Positions 40,392 to 49,939 of a DNA stretch of 64,000 nucleotides are shown one piece after another (positions within the stretch are counted from its first letter, which is position 1; every line of letters begins with the position of its first letter). Source of the stretch: Bacteroidia bacterium (lineage in GTDB: Bacteria > Bacteroidota > Bacteroidia > AKYH767-A > OLB10). The translations under genes and the position numbers were made by a program. The DNA is taken from assembly GCA_038206385.1 (NCBI GenBank), contig JBBRAW010000001.1, positions 3,143-67,142 on the forward strand, read 5' to 3'. The notes under the pieces were generated by a model. The model was not told where the DNA came from. It saw only the letters and a list, made by a program, of their open reading frames with translations, and searched no databases.

Positions 40392-40850
40392 CTAACTATA
40401 TACTCCATATTCAATCCGGCCAAGCAAATCTCTAACTTTAGATATGCCATTAGGAATGTCAAGTAATTCCTTTGGCTCTAATTCTCCTAATGCAATATTT
40501 GGTAAATTAAGCCACTTGAAAAAGTTATCCTGACTTTGAAAAACTTCAGTCCCGTAAAGAAAAAGAGATGTTAATTCAAAAAGCTGAACGGAATAATTTC
40601 TATCTAACGTTTTACTTGCTTTTATCCACCTATAAATGGTAGGAGAAGAAATATTTAATAATTCTGCAACAAAATCTCTTGGAAAATTGAAATGAGTTTT
40701 AAAATTATCGATAATGTGAGCATCAACTCCTTGAGTAGCTATGGTTATGAAATCAAAGGCACTTTCTATATCTGATTTTATGTACTTTCTACCTAAAATA
40801 TCCTTGAGAGAATTATAGTGGTCAACCGCAGATGTATCTTTCGTTCTCAT
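40392..40850 (-). CDS. Xre-like antitoxin of the RES-Xre pair (DUF2384 / MbcA/ParS-like toxin-binding domain)
   Basis: C-terminus GELEPKELLDIPNGISKVRDLLGRIEYGVYS matches the conserved ...LL.t..G...V...L.RIEyGVY end of RES-associated antitoxins. Helix-turn-helix-like segment FVAELLNISSPTIYRWIK. Directly upstream of the RES gene. Confidence 0.8.
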   Translation of the reverse strand: MRTKDTSAVDHYNSLKDILGRKYIKSDIESAFDFITIATQGVDAHIIDNFKTHFNFPRDFVAELLNISSPTIYRWIKASKTLDRNYSVQLFELTSLFLYGTEVFQSQDNFFKWLNLPNIALGELEPKELLDIPNGISKVRDLLGRIEYGVYS

Positions 40851-40992
40851 TTGATAATATATTTTATCATTTAACGAATATACAAATAGTTTGTTGCAAT
40901 GTTGGTTTTTTAAAAAAAAATTATTAAAAATGGTTTTTAGCTGATCGCTACATTGTATTCTGAAATTTAAATGTAAATAAAAAATTTGCAGT

Positions 40993-41094
40993 CTTGAACA
41001 CGATCAAGGGATTACTTTGATTAACAGGATTAAAAAAAGTTGAACACGATTAAAGGTATTACTTTGATTAACAGGATTAAAAAAAGTTGAACAG
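40993..41094. repeat. Two tandem copies of the 48-bp repeat TGAACACGAT[C/T]AAGG[G/T]ATTACTTTGATTAACAGGATTAAAAAAAGT
   Basis: Direct sequence comparison with 38763..38817. Degenerate fragments (caggattgataggattaaagg) follow to ~41145. Confidence 0.75.
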
Positions 41095-41159
41095 TTTCGA
41101 TAGCTATCGGAATAAGGGACTAACAGGATTGATAGGATTAAAGGTTTGGTGTACTTTAA

Positions 41160-41800
41160 ACTAGAACTATTTATTATTCACTTATTACTTTTTTGATTGC
41201 TAATTATGTTGACAAAAACTAAAAATTTCTACCTTTTCAGAATTGCAGCCTCTACGTGCAACCAACTACAAACGACTATAAATAATTAATCTTCGGTATT
41301 TGATTTTTTTGTTGCTAGTTTAGTTGACAATAGACAAATAATTTTCTTCCATTTCAAAATTATAACAACTATGTACAAACAAGTACAAACGACTATAAAT
41401 ATTTAATCTTCGCTATTCATTTTTCTGTTTGCTAATTTAGTTGACAAAAGCCAAAAACTTCCAACTTTATAAAAACATCGTAACCAAGTACAAACGAATA
41501 CAAACGACTATAAATAATTAATCTTAGCTATTTGATTTTTTGTTCGCTAATTTAGTTGACAAAAACCAAATAATTCCGCCTCAATAAAAACATCGCAACC
41601 AAGTTCAAACGACTATAAATATTTAATCTTCGCTAATCATTTTTCTGTTTGCTAATTTAGCTGACAAAAACTAAATTTTTCCCAATAATAAAAGTATGTG
41701 AACAAAAAACAAACAACTACAAACGACTATAAATAATTAATCGTTATTATCCGATTTCATTTTGCTAATTTACTAGAAAAAAGTCAAAAATTATAAATGA
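41160..41800. repeat. Tandem array of ~5.5 copies of a 105-117-bp unit in a non-coding gap
   Basis: Units begin CAAACGACTATAAATA[A/T]TTAATCTT at 41269, 41386, 41501, 41606 and 41720, with a partial copy at ~41190. Each has a conserved ~65-bp half (…GCTAATTTAGTTGACAAAA) and a more variable ~45-bp half (…CCAAATAATT.C...AATAAAAACATCG.AACCAAGTA). No ORF spans it. Confidence 0.85.
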
Positions 41801-41880
41801 ATTAAGTACATTCAACACTAAAAATGAAATCGCTTTTTAAAATGATTTGTTCCAAAGTAATCGCTGTTAAGTTAAGTTTT

Positions 41881-42951
41881 CTAATAATATTCATAATAAT
41901 ATTGTGTTATTCTTCGATTCAAAACTGCTTTTTTGTCCGCGTCAATAAGGTGTGTAAATTTTCTTTCTTCTAAAAGATTTTCATCTTTGTTATAAAAATA
42001 TAATATTGTTTGAATTGGTTCTCCATTTTTTCCAACAATTAAAAATTCTTTCAAATTTCCTTTTTTGTCATAAAGATAAAGTGATTGTTGCGAAAGTTGT
42101 GTTGAGTCTCCGCTACTATCATTATAAAGCTCTTCTGTTAATTTCTGTCTCTGTTTATTGAACCCATAATTATAAATAATGAAATTTATCCCGTCGCGAT
42201 ACCAACTTTGATATATCAAGGAGTCCATTACATCATATTTGTAAAGTCTTTTATATTGAGAAACCACTCTGTCGTTTTTATATGATGCTTCTGTTTTTTG
42301 AATTTTTAATCCTTTTTTATTGTAGTAAACTCTTTCAACATAAGAATTTTTAGAACTATTACTATTTCTGCAACTTATAATTTCTAATTGATTATTGCTA
42401 TTGTAGGTATAGGTACACTCATAAATGTTTTTGTCATTTAATTCTTTAGTGGATTTAAGTTTACCATTTTTGCCGTATTCATAAAATACTCTTGTAGGAA
42501 TCGGAATTTCTATTTCATTTCCATTTTTATCTATATCGTAGCTGTAAGTACTTGTTGATTTTCTTTCAACAATATTATCGTTCAAATATTTTGCAGTATC
42601 AATTTCCATCTTCGGTTTAAATACGTCTCCAATTCTTTCATCAATCTTCAATAAAGTATCGCCCAACAGCTTTTGATAATGATGTTCGAAAAGTCTTGTC
42701 GAGTCGATTGCATACTTTCGCATTTCAACGAACTGACCTAATGTGTCAAAATATTGGATTACTTTATCTTCAAAAACCAAGCTATCTGACGAAAAATAAT
42801 TATAAATAAAGGATCTTGATATTATTGATTTTATTATTCTTTGCTTACTATGTTTCGTATCTTTTTTACTCTTTTTATAAGTAGTGTCCGATCCGTTTTG
42901 ACAAGAGAAGATAAAAATTGCCAAAATGAATATTATGTTGCGTTGTCCCAT
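41881..42951 (-). CDS. Hypothetical lipoprotein with Tyr/Asn/Lys-rich repeats
   Basis: Likely start at MGQRNIIFILAIFIFSCQNG (lipobox). Repeated Y.Y..KG.L.. segments (YYNKKGLKIQ, LYDKKGNLKEF). No catalytic motif. Confidence 0.5.
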   Translation of the reverse strand: MGQRNIIFILAIFIFSCQNGSDTTYKKSKKDTKHSKQRIIKSIISRSFIYNYFSSDSLVFEDKVIQYFDTLGQFVEMRKYAIDSTRLFEHHYQKLLGDTLLKIDERIGDVFKPKMEIDTAKYLNDNIVERKSTSTYSYDIDKNGNEIEIPIPTRVFYEYGKNGKLKSTKELNDKNIYECTYTYNSNNQLEIISCRNSNSSKNSYVERVYYNKKGLKIQKTEASYKNDRVVSQYKRLYKYDVMDSLIYQSWYRDGINFIIYNYGFNKQRQKLTEELYNDSSGDSTQLSQQSLYLYDKKGNLKEFLIVGKNGEPIQTILYFYNKDENLLEERKFTHLIDADKKAVLNRRITQYYYEYY

Positions 42952-43081
42952 TTTGGTCAAACTTACAGATAAATTCTTATCCCAACAACTCATCAAAAAT
43001 CTATTAACAAAAAACCCAACATCAAGCAATTCACCTCACAACTTAAAAAAAATTAGTAATTAAATAATGAAACCAATTCCT

Positions 43082-44986
43082 CTAATCTTTCACAACCTTA
43101 AACACTTTCTCCCCACTCAAGTATTTTATTTTCAGAAAATAAACACCCTTAGCAAGGTTAGAAAGATCTAATTGATTAACGTATTTTTTGTTCATCACTT
43201 CATTGCCGATAATATCTGTTAAAAATATTTCTACATAATTTTCAGGTAATCCGGAAATGTTGATGATATCGTTTGTTGGATTCGGATAAACATTTAATTT
43301 TTCGGGTGCGCCGTAATCAACAATGGATGTGATGATCGTATTCTTTTCAATCAACCAAAGACCAGGATCTACGATTATCGAATCATAAATAAATGGAATA
43401 TTCACGATAAAATTTTGGCCAGAAAATGTATTGTTGAAGATGATTATTGTATCCTGCGAAGCATTTTTAAATTTTAATGCAACAGGCATTTCAAAAAATG
43501 AAACTGATGGACTTGATTGTGTTTGATTAAATGTAAGATTGACAACTGCTCCCGTTTGTGATGCACTAATCTGATAATTCGGATATCCTTCTCCAGTAAA
43601 CCAATCATTAAAATACCACGTTAAATTCTGACCATAAGAAGCTTCGAAATGTGATTTTAAAAGAGCTGTTGTTGCAAAGCCATACGCACAACTTACATCT
43701 GCCAAATAATTATTTAACGCAGCAAAAAATGCTGAATCACCAATGATCCATCTAAGCTGATGTAAAATCATAGCACCTTTCGAATACGTTAAGCGAGAAT
43801 CAAAAATTCTATTTACCGATGTTGTATCATCACACCAAACAGAACCACCAGGCTGTGAAAGTATGCTCCCTAATCTCTGAGATTTAAATGGAATCCAATA
43901 TTGCTGATTAAACATGTGCTCATAAGTAAGTGCGGAAAGATATGTTGCGAATCCTTCGTTCAACCAGATGTCGCGCCAACTTGCACAAGTTACTTTATCA
44001 CCAAACCAATGATGCGCGAGTTCATGTGCAATTAACTCATGTCCGAAGCCGCCTACGAAAGTCATTGTTTGATGTTCCATACCGCCACCCCAACCAAATT
44101 GCGCATGACCATATTTTTCATTCTTGAAAGGATAAATACCAAACAAGGAATCATACAATTGCATCACTGGAACAATGTCTAAAGTTTGTGGAACTGCAGA
44201 TGCAGAATCTTCGGGATAAACATAATTCTGTACTTCAACAGTATCATTACCGAAAGGAACAAAATTCGAATAGCGTGCATAATTTGTTACTGCAGCGCAA
44301 ATCAAATAAGTTGCAATAGGGTAACGATGTTTCCAATGGTAAATCATATCGGATCCACTCACAATTTCTTCTACCAATTTTCCATTACTTGCAGCGCGAT
44401 ATGCAGATGGCGTTTGAATATAAACATCAATAGAATCTGCCTTATCCGTTAAACCATTTTTACATGGCCACCAATCACTAGCACCATACGGTTCGGATAA
44501 TGTCCAGATGATTGGCTGAGAAGCATGAGCGTTTTTTATGAATGAACCAAAACCAGATGAAGGCGGAGTTCCTTGATAATAAATTGTAACGGAATCTAAA
44601 TTATTAATTGGAATTGTTGCAGGAAGATTTAATGTTAACACATCTCCATTTTGTGAATGAGTGATCAAACTTTGATGATACTTAACTGAATCAACTGTTA
44701 AATTAATACTTAAATCAAAATTAATTGCATTGAATGAATTTGTATTTACAACAAAATAAGAAGTAACACTTCCAGATACGTAAAGTACATTTGGATCAAT
44801 GTTCCAATGACAATTATAATATTTTACGTCGAAGTCGGTATTAGCAGCAACTGCTTTACGATTTAATTTTCCTAAATGCGCATCACGTTCTGTGTTTGCA
44901 ATTTGCATAAATTCTTTATCGGAAAATTGTTGCGCACTAACAAAGTTTGCGATGAAAATAAAGGTGAGAAGTAACACTTTTTTCAT
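43082..44986 (-). CDS. M1-family zinc aminopeptidase with T9SS C-terminal sorting domain
   Basis: Signal peptide MKKVLLLTFIFIANFVSAQQ. Gluzincin motif HELAHHWFGDKVT...WLNEGFATY (HExxH-x18-E). GGMEHQTM exopeptidase motif (GxMEN variant). C-terminal CTD KLNVYPNPTNDIINI...KGVYFLKIKYLSGEKVFKVVKD. Confidence 0.8.
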   Translation of the reverse strand: MKKVLLLTFIFIANFVSAQQFSDKEFMQIANTERDAHLGKLNRKAVAANTDFDVKYYNCHWNIDPNVLYVSGSVTSYFVVNTNSFNAINFDLSINLTVDSVKYHQSLITHSQNGDVLTLNLPATIPINNLDSVTIYYQGTPPSSGFGSFIKNAHASQPIIWTLSEPYGASDWWPCKNGLTDKADSIDVYIQTPSAYRAASNGKLVEEIVSGSDMIYHWKHRYPIATYLICAAVTNYARYSNFVPFGNDTVEVQNYVYPEDSASAVPQTLDIVPVMQLYDSLFGIYPFKNEKYGHAQFGWGGGMEHQTMTFVGGFGHELIAHELAHHWFGDKVTCASWRDIWLNEGFATYLSALTYEHMFNQQYWIPFKSQRLGSILSQPGGSVWCDDTTSVNRIFDSRLTYSKGAMILHQLRWIIGDSAFFAALNNYLADVSCAYGFATTALLKSHFEASYGQNLTWYFNDWFTGEGYPNYQISASQTGAVVNLTFNQTQSSPSVSFFEMPVALKFKNASQDTIIIFNNTFSGQNFIVNIPFIYDSIIVDPGLWLIEKNTIITSIVDYGAPEKLNVYPNPTNDIINISGLPENYVEIFLTDIIGNEVMNKKYVNQLDLSNLAKGVYFLKIKYLSGEKVFKVVKD

Positions 44987-45119
44987 AATAGAATCATTTA
45001 ATATTTTTGAATCAAACTATCAATAAAGGTATGAATAAAATTCGCTTACAGCTGCAATAAATAGTTGCTTTGTGTAATTTTTACGTACTAAATCACAAGT
45101 TCATTTTGTAATAAAAAGA

Positions 45120-45545
45120 CTAATCGATAGTCGCGATTACTTTCAGCTCAATGGCGATAGGTGTTGGCAGACAATTTATCTCTAAGGTTGTTCGGCAAGG
45201 TTGATTGTCTTTGAAATACTCGGCATACAAACGATTATACGTCTTGAAATCATCTTTCATGTTGGTGAGAAAAACGGTAACGTCAATAATTTTATCCCAC
45301 GATGAACCTGCATCTTCCAAAATATATCCGATATTTTTAAATACAGAACGACATTGCTTTTCGATGTCGTAGGATATTATATTTCCTGCATTATCTAATT
45401 CAACACCTGGAATTTTCTTCTCACCTCTCTCGCGCGGACCAACACCAGAAAGAAATAACAAATTTCCCACACGTCGCGCATGAGGATATGCCCCGACAGG
45501 TTCAGGAGCTTTAGAAGAATGAATACGATCGTTTTGCTCTGACAT
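45120..45545 (-). CDS. ridA: RidA/YjgF/TdcF-family protein (reactive intermediate deaminase-like)
   Basis: APEPVGAYPHARRVGNLLFLSG ... PCRTTLEINCLPTPIAIELKV matches the YjgF fold signatures. Start at MSEQNDRI, 6 nt after the upstream gene's stop. Confidence 0.65.
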   Translation of the reverse strand: MSEQNDRIHSSKAPEPVGAYPHARRVGNLLFLSGVGPRERGEKKIPGVELDNAGNIISYDIEKQCRSVFKNIGYILEDAGSSWDKIIDVTVFLTNMKDDFKTYNRLYAEYFKDNQPCRTTLEINCLPTPIAIELKVIATID

Positions 45546-45550
45546 AATAA

Positions 45551-47185
45551 TTATTCTTTTGATGCACAATTTAATTCTAATTCCAATTCCCAATTAGCAC
45601 GAAGTGTTACTGTAGATGAAACAAAAACTTCTTCTGGTTGTGTGCCATCTAAATAGTTCGAACCATCCAACATATTATTTTTATTTTTATCCACTACCAC
45701 ACGAATTATATATGCACCGGGATAAATAAAATTGAAATCGTATTTGCCAGATTTATCAATAATTTGTTGTCGAACAACTTCATACTTTTCAGTTAACACT
45801 TGCAATAAATAATTTCCACCATCTTTCAAATTAATTGCATGAATCGTGACAGCCGCAGTATTTTCAGCAGTAGGAATTTTGAAACGATAGTTTATCGTAT
45901 CATTTGTTGATCCATAAAAATCCGTAAACGTACCTGGCAGAATTAACAATTGATAACTTGATCCTTCTTTCCATTTATGCGTTACGATAATTTTTCGTGT
46001 TGAAGAGCTATCACGCGCAACAACAAAATCAGTAGAAGGAACAGGAACTGTATCAATAAATAATTTTGGGGTGCCTACAATTTTTGCTAATGCTCGTGGC
46101 AATTCAAATTCTATGTTTGCAGTAGGACCAGAAAACTCAGGAGATTTTTTAATATCTACTCTTAAACTATTCGTAGTAAATCGCCTTTTCACTATCGATG
46201 TAGATGATAGTTTCAATTGAATGGTATCATTAATAAACGGTGGCGAGGTAATCAATAAATGTAAAGAATCAGCTATCGTATCTTTCATAAACACATACAA
46301 ACTATCTCTTCCCTTCGACCATTCCGTAACACCAGAAAATAAATTTCCAGTAACGAGATCACGAATAACAAGCGTATCAATTCGCTCATTAAAAATTAAC
46401 GTGGCTCGATAACGATCACCAATTTGTGATTTCAAATATTGCCTCTTTGAAGGATGCTGTTTCGAAACTTTCAATTCAATCGTGCCGGTTTGCGGAATCG
46501 TTAATGTATTTCCTGTAAAAGCCATTCTTTCCTCATTAGGATTATCAAGAATATAATTCCCATTTTTATCTTCTAAAGCAAAGATGCTGTAATAACCAGG
46601 CGCAATATTTTTTATTTCAAAGGATCCATTTTCATTTGTATGTGAAAAATAATCTGGCTTCTGTTTAAACACTAACGAATCTAATGTTGCAATTGAATCC
46701 GTCTTCTTATAAAGCATCACGGTAACGTCTTTCAACATCTGCAAAGTAGCAGCATCTCTCACAATTCCCGAACAAATTAAAGAATCGAGAATTGGTCCTG
46801 TTGAAAATACATATTGAAAATTTTCTAGTGCATTTCCTTCATGAAGATCTGCAATTGCCTTTCCAAAATTGATAGTATAAGTTGTGTTGTCACGAAGTTT
46901 TTCGGGTAACTTAATTACAATTGATTTCTTCGAAACTTTTACTTCAGGCTTCCGATCCATCAATGGAGAAACGAGTAATTGATTAGGCAAATCTTTTAAT
47001 TGCAGATACTCACTAAATGATAAAACGATTTCTCGTGATTTAAAATTTATTGTTCCATTTGAAGGTTCTGCTGCAATAAATTTAGGAGGAAGAATATCTT
47101 TTGGTCCGCCAGTTGGCACAACACGATTAGCACATGCTGCAATTAAAAATAGTGTCGCAAAAAAAATAAGATGTTTTAATTTCAC
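45551..47185 (-). CDS. Hypothetical lipoprotein (544 aa), probable Ig-like/beta-sandwich repeats
   Basis: Lipoprotein signal MKLKHLIFFATLFLIAACAN. No catalytic motifs. Start overlaps the GAF gene stop by 4 bp. Confidence 0.5.
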   Translation of the reverse strand: MKLKHLIFFATLFLIAACANRVVPTGGPKDILPPKFIAAEPSNGTINFKSREIVLSFSEYLQLKDLPNQLLVSPLMDRKPEVKVSKKSIVIKLPEKLRDNTTYTINFGKAIADLHEGNALENFQYVFSTGPILDSLICSGIVRDAATLQMLKDVTVMLYKKTDSIATLDSLVFKQKPDYFSHTNENGSFEIKNIAPGYYSIFALEDKNGNYILDNPNEERMAFTGNTLTIPQTGTIELKVSKQHPSKRQYLKSQIGDRYRATLIFNERIDTLVIRDLVTGNLFSGVTEWSKGRDSLYVFMKDTIADSLHLLITSPPFINDTIQLKLSSTSIVKRRFTTNSLRVDIKKSPEFSGPTANIEFELPRALAKIVGTPKLFIDTVPVPSTDFVVARDSSSTRKIIVTHKWKEGSSYQLLILPGTFTDFYGSTNDTINYRFKIPTAENTAAVTIHAINLKDGGNYLLQVLTEKYEVVRQQIIDKSGKYDFNFIYPGAYIIRVVVDKNKNNMLDGSNYLDGTQPEEVFVSSTVTLRANWELELELNCASKE

Positions 47186-47685
47186 GGATTGACAGTTGAT
47201 TTTAATAATGATTCAATTTTACGCATAATTAATCCCAAATAATTTGCATCTACTTTATCAAAATCTGAAAGCCGATCGCTATCAACATCAAGAATTAATG
47301 AAACTCTATCGTTAAGAAACGCTGGTAAAACAATTTCTGATTTAGATAAAGAGCTACATGCAATATGACCAGGAAAATCATCCACATTATCAACAATAAT
47401 TACTTCCCCATTTTTCCACGAGGTGCCGCATACACCTTTCCCATAAGCGATGCGTGTGCAAGCCAATGTTCCTTGAAACGGTCCGAGCACAAGATCTTCA
47501 CCTTTTACAAAATAAACACCAACCCAAAAGAATCCCATCACTTCTTTTAAAACAGCAATAATATTGGCGAGATTGGCAATCAAATCACTTTCCCCTTCAA
47601 CGAGGCTATCGATCTGTGGAAGCATTGTTTCATATCGCTCCTTTTTGCTTGCATTAGGAGGCGCAATAATAAGTTCTTCAGCCAT
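47182..47685 (-). CDS. GAF-domain protein (free methionine-(R)-sulfoxide reductase-like)
   Basis: 167 aa. ...FWVGVYFVKGEDLVLGPFQGTLACTRIAYGKGVCGTSW... matches the fRMsr/YebR-type GAF domain with its conserved Cys residues. Confidence 0.6.
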   Translation of the reverse strand: MAEELIIAPPNASKKERYETMLPQIDSLVEGESDLIANLANIIAVLKEVMGFFWVGVYFVKGEDLVLGPFQGTLACTRIAYGKGVCGTSWKNGEVIIVDNVDDFPGHIACSSLSKSEIVLPAFLNDRVSLILDVDSDRLSDFDKVDANYLGLIMRKIESLLKSTVNP

Positions 47686-47731
47686 GATAATTTATCGCTG
47701 CAAAGATAGTTCTTGAAGACGTATATTTCGT

Positions 47732-48427
47732 CTATAGTTCAGCAAAAGCAATTGCTGCGAGGTAAATCTTAACATCTTTCACCTCTAAAAGCACGTTGGC
47801 GCAAGCATAAAGCGTGGAACCAGTCGTAATAACATCATCCACAAGTAAAATATGTTTCCCTTCAAGGGCCTTTGAATCGGTAACAGCAAACACTTCACTT
47901 ACATTTTTATAGCGGGCAAAACGACTTTTTCTTGTCTGCGTATCAGTATGCTTTAAGCGCTTCATACCATGAGGAAGCGATTCAATTCCCATTCCTAGTC
48001 CTAATCCGTCTGAAAAACATGCCGCTTGATTGTATCCACGAATCCGTTCTTTCTTTTTATGCAGTGGAATCGGAATGATCACATCAACTTTAGAAAATAC
48101 TTGAGAAGCAGCAAAGGATTGTCCGCATAACTTCCCAATATAAACTCCAACATCTGGACGATGTGCATATTTAAGTTGATGCATCAATTGTTGTACTTTT
48201 TCTCCTTTATGAAAATGTAAAAATGCAGATGCCGATTCCAACTTTATCTTACCCCAAAATTGTTTTGCAACAGGATTATCAGGATCGAGATGATAATTTG
48301 TATATGGCAATTGAACATTGCATTTTGTGCAGATGGTATCTTCTCCACGTACTAAAAGATCGTTACACGCTGCGCATAACTGCGGATAAAAAATTGAAAG
48401 TGTATCTTGAATTAGTTCTTTTATCAA
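47732..48427 (-). CDS. comF: ComF-family protein (double zinc ribbon plus phosphoribosyltransferase domain)
   Basis: N-terminal CAACNDLL...CTKCN zinc ribbon. C-terminal PRTase motif ILLVDDVITTGSTL. Confidence 0.7.
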   Translation of the reverse strand: MIKELIQDTLSIFYPQLCAACNDLLVRGEDTICTKCNVQLPYTNYHLDPDNPVAKQFWGKIKLESASAFLHFHKGEKVQQLMHQLKYAHRPDVGVYIGKLCGQSFAASQVFSKVDVIIPIPLHKKKERIRGYNQAACFSDGLGLGMGIESLPHGMKRLKHTDTQTRKSRFARYKNVSEVFAVTDSKALEGKHILLVDDVITTGSTLYACANVLLEVKDVKIYLAAIAFAEL

Positions 48428-48437
48428 CAGCGTAAAT

Positions 48438-48535
48438 AAATTAAGAATTAAAAATTAAGAATGCAGAATTAAGAATCTAGAATTAAGAGTGAAGAATGCA
48501 GAATTAAGAATGCAGAATGCAGAATTAAGAATGTG
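48438..48535. repeat. Imperfect tandem repeat of a ~14-bp unit (GAATTAAGAATGCA)
   Basis: aattaagaattaaaaattaagaatgcagaattaagaatctagaattaagagtgaagaatgcagaattaagaatgcagaatgcagaattaagaatgtgg lies between the comF start and the hflX stop (both minus strand). Confidence 0.8.
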
Positions 48536-48703
48536 GATCCGATAGTTATTAGGATAAGAATTACAAATAGGAGGTCACTTTATAGATGCAAAAATAAATG
48601 CAATTTTACTTTGAAAAAAATTTTCAGTTAATTACAATTGTTTAATATCTTTTGATGAAAAGCGAGGCGCGAAATATAGAATGAAATATGGCAATAAAAT
48701 TAA

Positions 48704-49933
48704 TTAGTTGTTTTCTTCTTCGTTTGATTGAGCCTCTTCGTTTGCAGGTGAATTATGTGGATAGCGGATGAAATGAACTTGTTTAATCAATCCACTTAGT
48801 GCTGCGCGTAATTCATCGATATTATTTTTTTCAGTTGCTGAAATAAAAATACATGGATAATTTTCTTTTGCAACCCATGATCTTTTCAACTCATCTAATG
48901 AAATATTTTCTCTGGTTGCGGGGGTTAAATCAAAAGGATCCTTTTCAACATAATGATACGCATCAATTTTATTAAAAACCATTAATGTTGGTTTATCATG
49001 CGCACCTAATTCTTGCAATGTTGTTTGCACAACTTTAATCTGATCTTCAAAATTGATATGCGAAATATCTACCACATGCATCAAGATATCTGCTTCGCGC
49101 ACTTCATCAAGTGTTGATTTAAACGACTCCACTAAATCATGCGGAAGCTTGCGAATAAAACCAACAGTATCAGAAAGTAAAAATGGAATTTGATCCCAAA
49201 CAATTTTTCTCACTGTGGTATCAAGTGTCGCAAAAAGTTTATTCTCTGCAAATACTTCACTCTTGCTGAGCAAATTCATCACCGTACTTTTTCCAACATT
49301 CGTATACCCTACCAATGCTACGCGAACAATTTCTCCTCGTTGCTTACGCTGCGTTGCACTTTGCTTATCAATCTCCTTTAACTTCTCCTTTAACCTACTA
49401 AGTTTCTCACGAATAACGCGACGATCGGTTTCAATCTCCGACTCTCCGGGACCGCGCACTCCTATTCCACCACGTTGCTTTTCGAGATGCGTCCATAAAC
49501 GTGTTAGACGAGGTAATAAATATTTGTATTGCGCCAATTCAACTTGTGTTCTTGATTGTGCAGATCGTGCTCTCTTTGCAAAAATATCAAGAATGAGATT
49601 TGTTCTATCTACAACGCGACAACCAATTACTTTTTCGATATTTCTAATTTGTGATCCTGATAATTCATCATCAAAAATTGCAATTTGAATATTATTTGCT
49701 TTTACAAATTCTATAATTTCTTCCAGCTTTCCCTTTCCTACAAAAGTTTTTGAATCGGGATGATCCATCTTTTGCGTAAAACGACGAATCGTAACTGCTC
49801 CAGCCGTTAATGCTAAAAAAGCTAATTCATCGAGATATTCATTTATCTGATCAACTTCTTGTTGACGAGTAGAAACACTTATTAAAATTACACGCTCCTG
49901 CGGTACTCCTAAATCTGTTGGTTGATGCGGCAA
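48704..49933 (-). CDS. hflX: GTPase HflX
   Basis: N-terminal HflX domain, then G-domain with G1 GYTNVGKST, G3 DTVGF, G4 NKID. Length 409 aa. Confidence 0.85.
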   Translation of the reverse strand: MPHQPTDLGVPQERVILISVSTRQQEVDQINEYLDELAFLALTAGAVTIRRFTQKMDHPDSKTFVGKGKLEEIIEFVKANNIQIAIFDDELSGSQIRNIEKVIGCRVVDRTNLILDIFAKRARSAQSRTQVELAQYKYLLPRLTRLWTHLEKQRGGIGVRGPGESEIETDRRVIREKLSRLKEKLKEIDKQSATQRKQRGEIVRVALVGYTNVGKSTVMNLLSKSEVFAENKLFATLDTTVRKIVWDQIPFLLSDTVGFIRKLPHDLVESFKSTLDEVREADILMHVVDISHINFEDQIKVVQTTLQELGAHDKPTLMVFNKIDAYHYVEKDPFDLTPATRENISLDELKRSWVAKENYPCIFISATEKNNIDELRAALSGLIKQVHFIRYPHNSPANEEAQSNEEENN

Positions 49934-49939
49934 GGGATC

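Noticed and set aside
41160-41800. Possible CRISPR array
   Set aside because: The repeat period (105-117 bp) and conserved part (~65 bp) are far longer than CRISPR repeats. The variable halves are homologous to each other rather than unique spacers. No cas genes are in the window.
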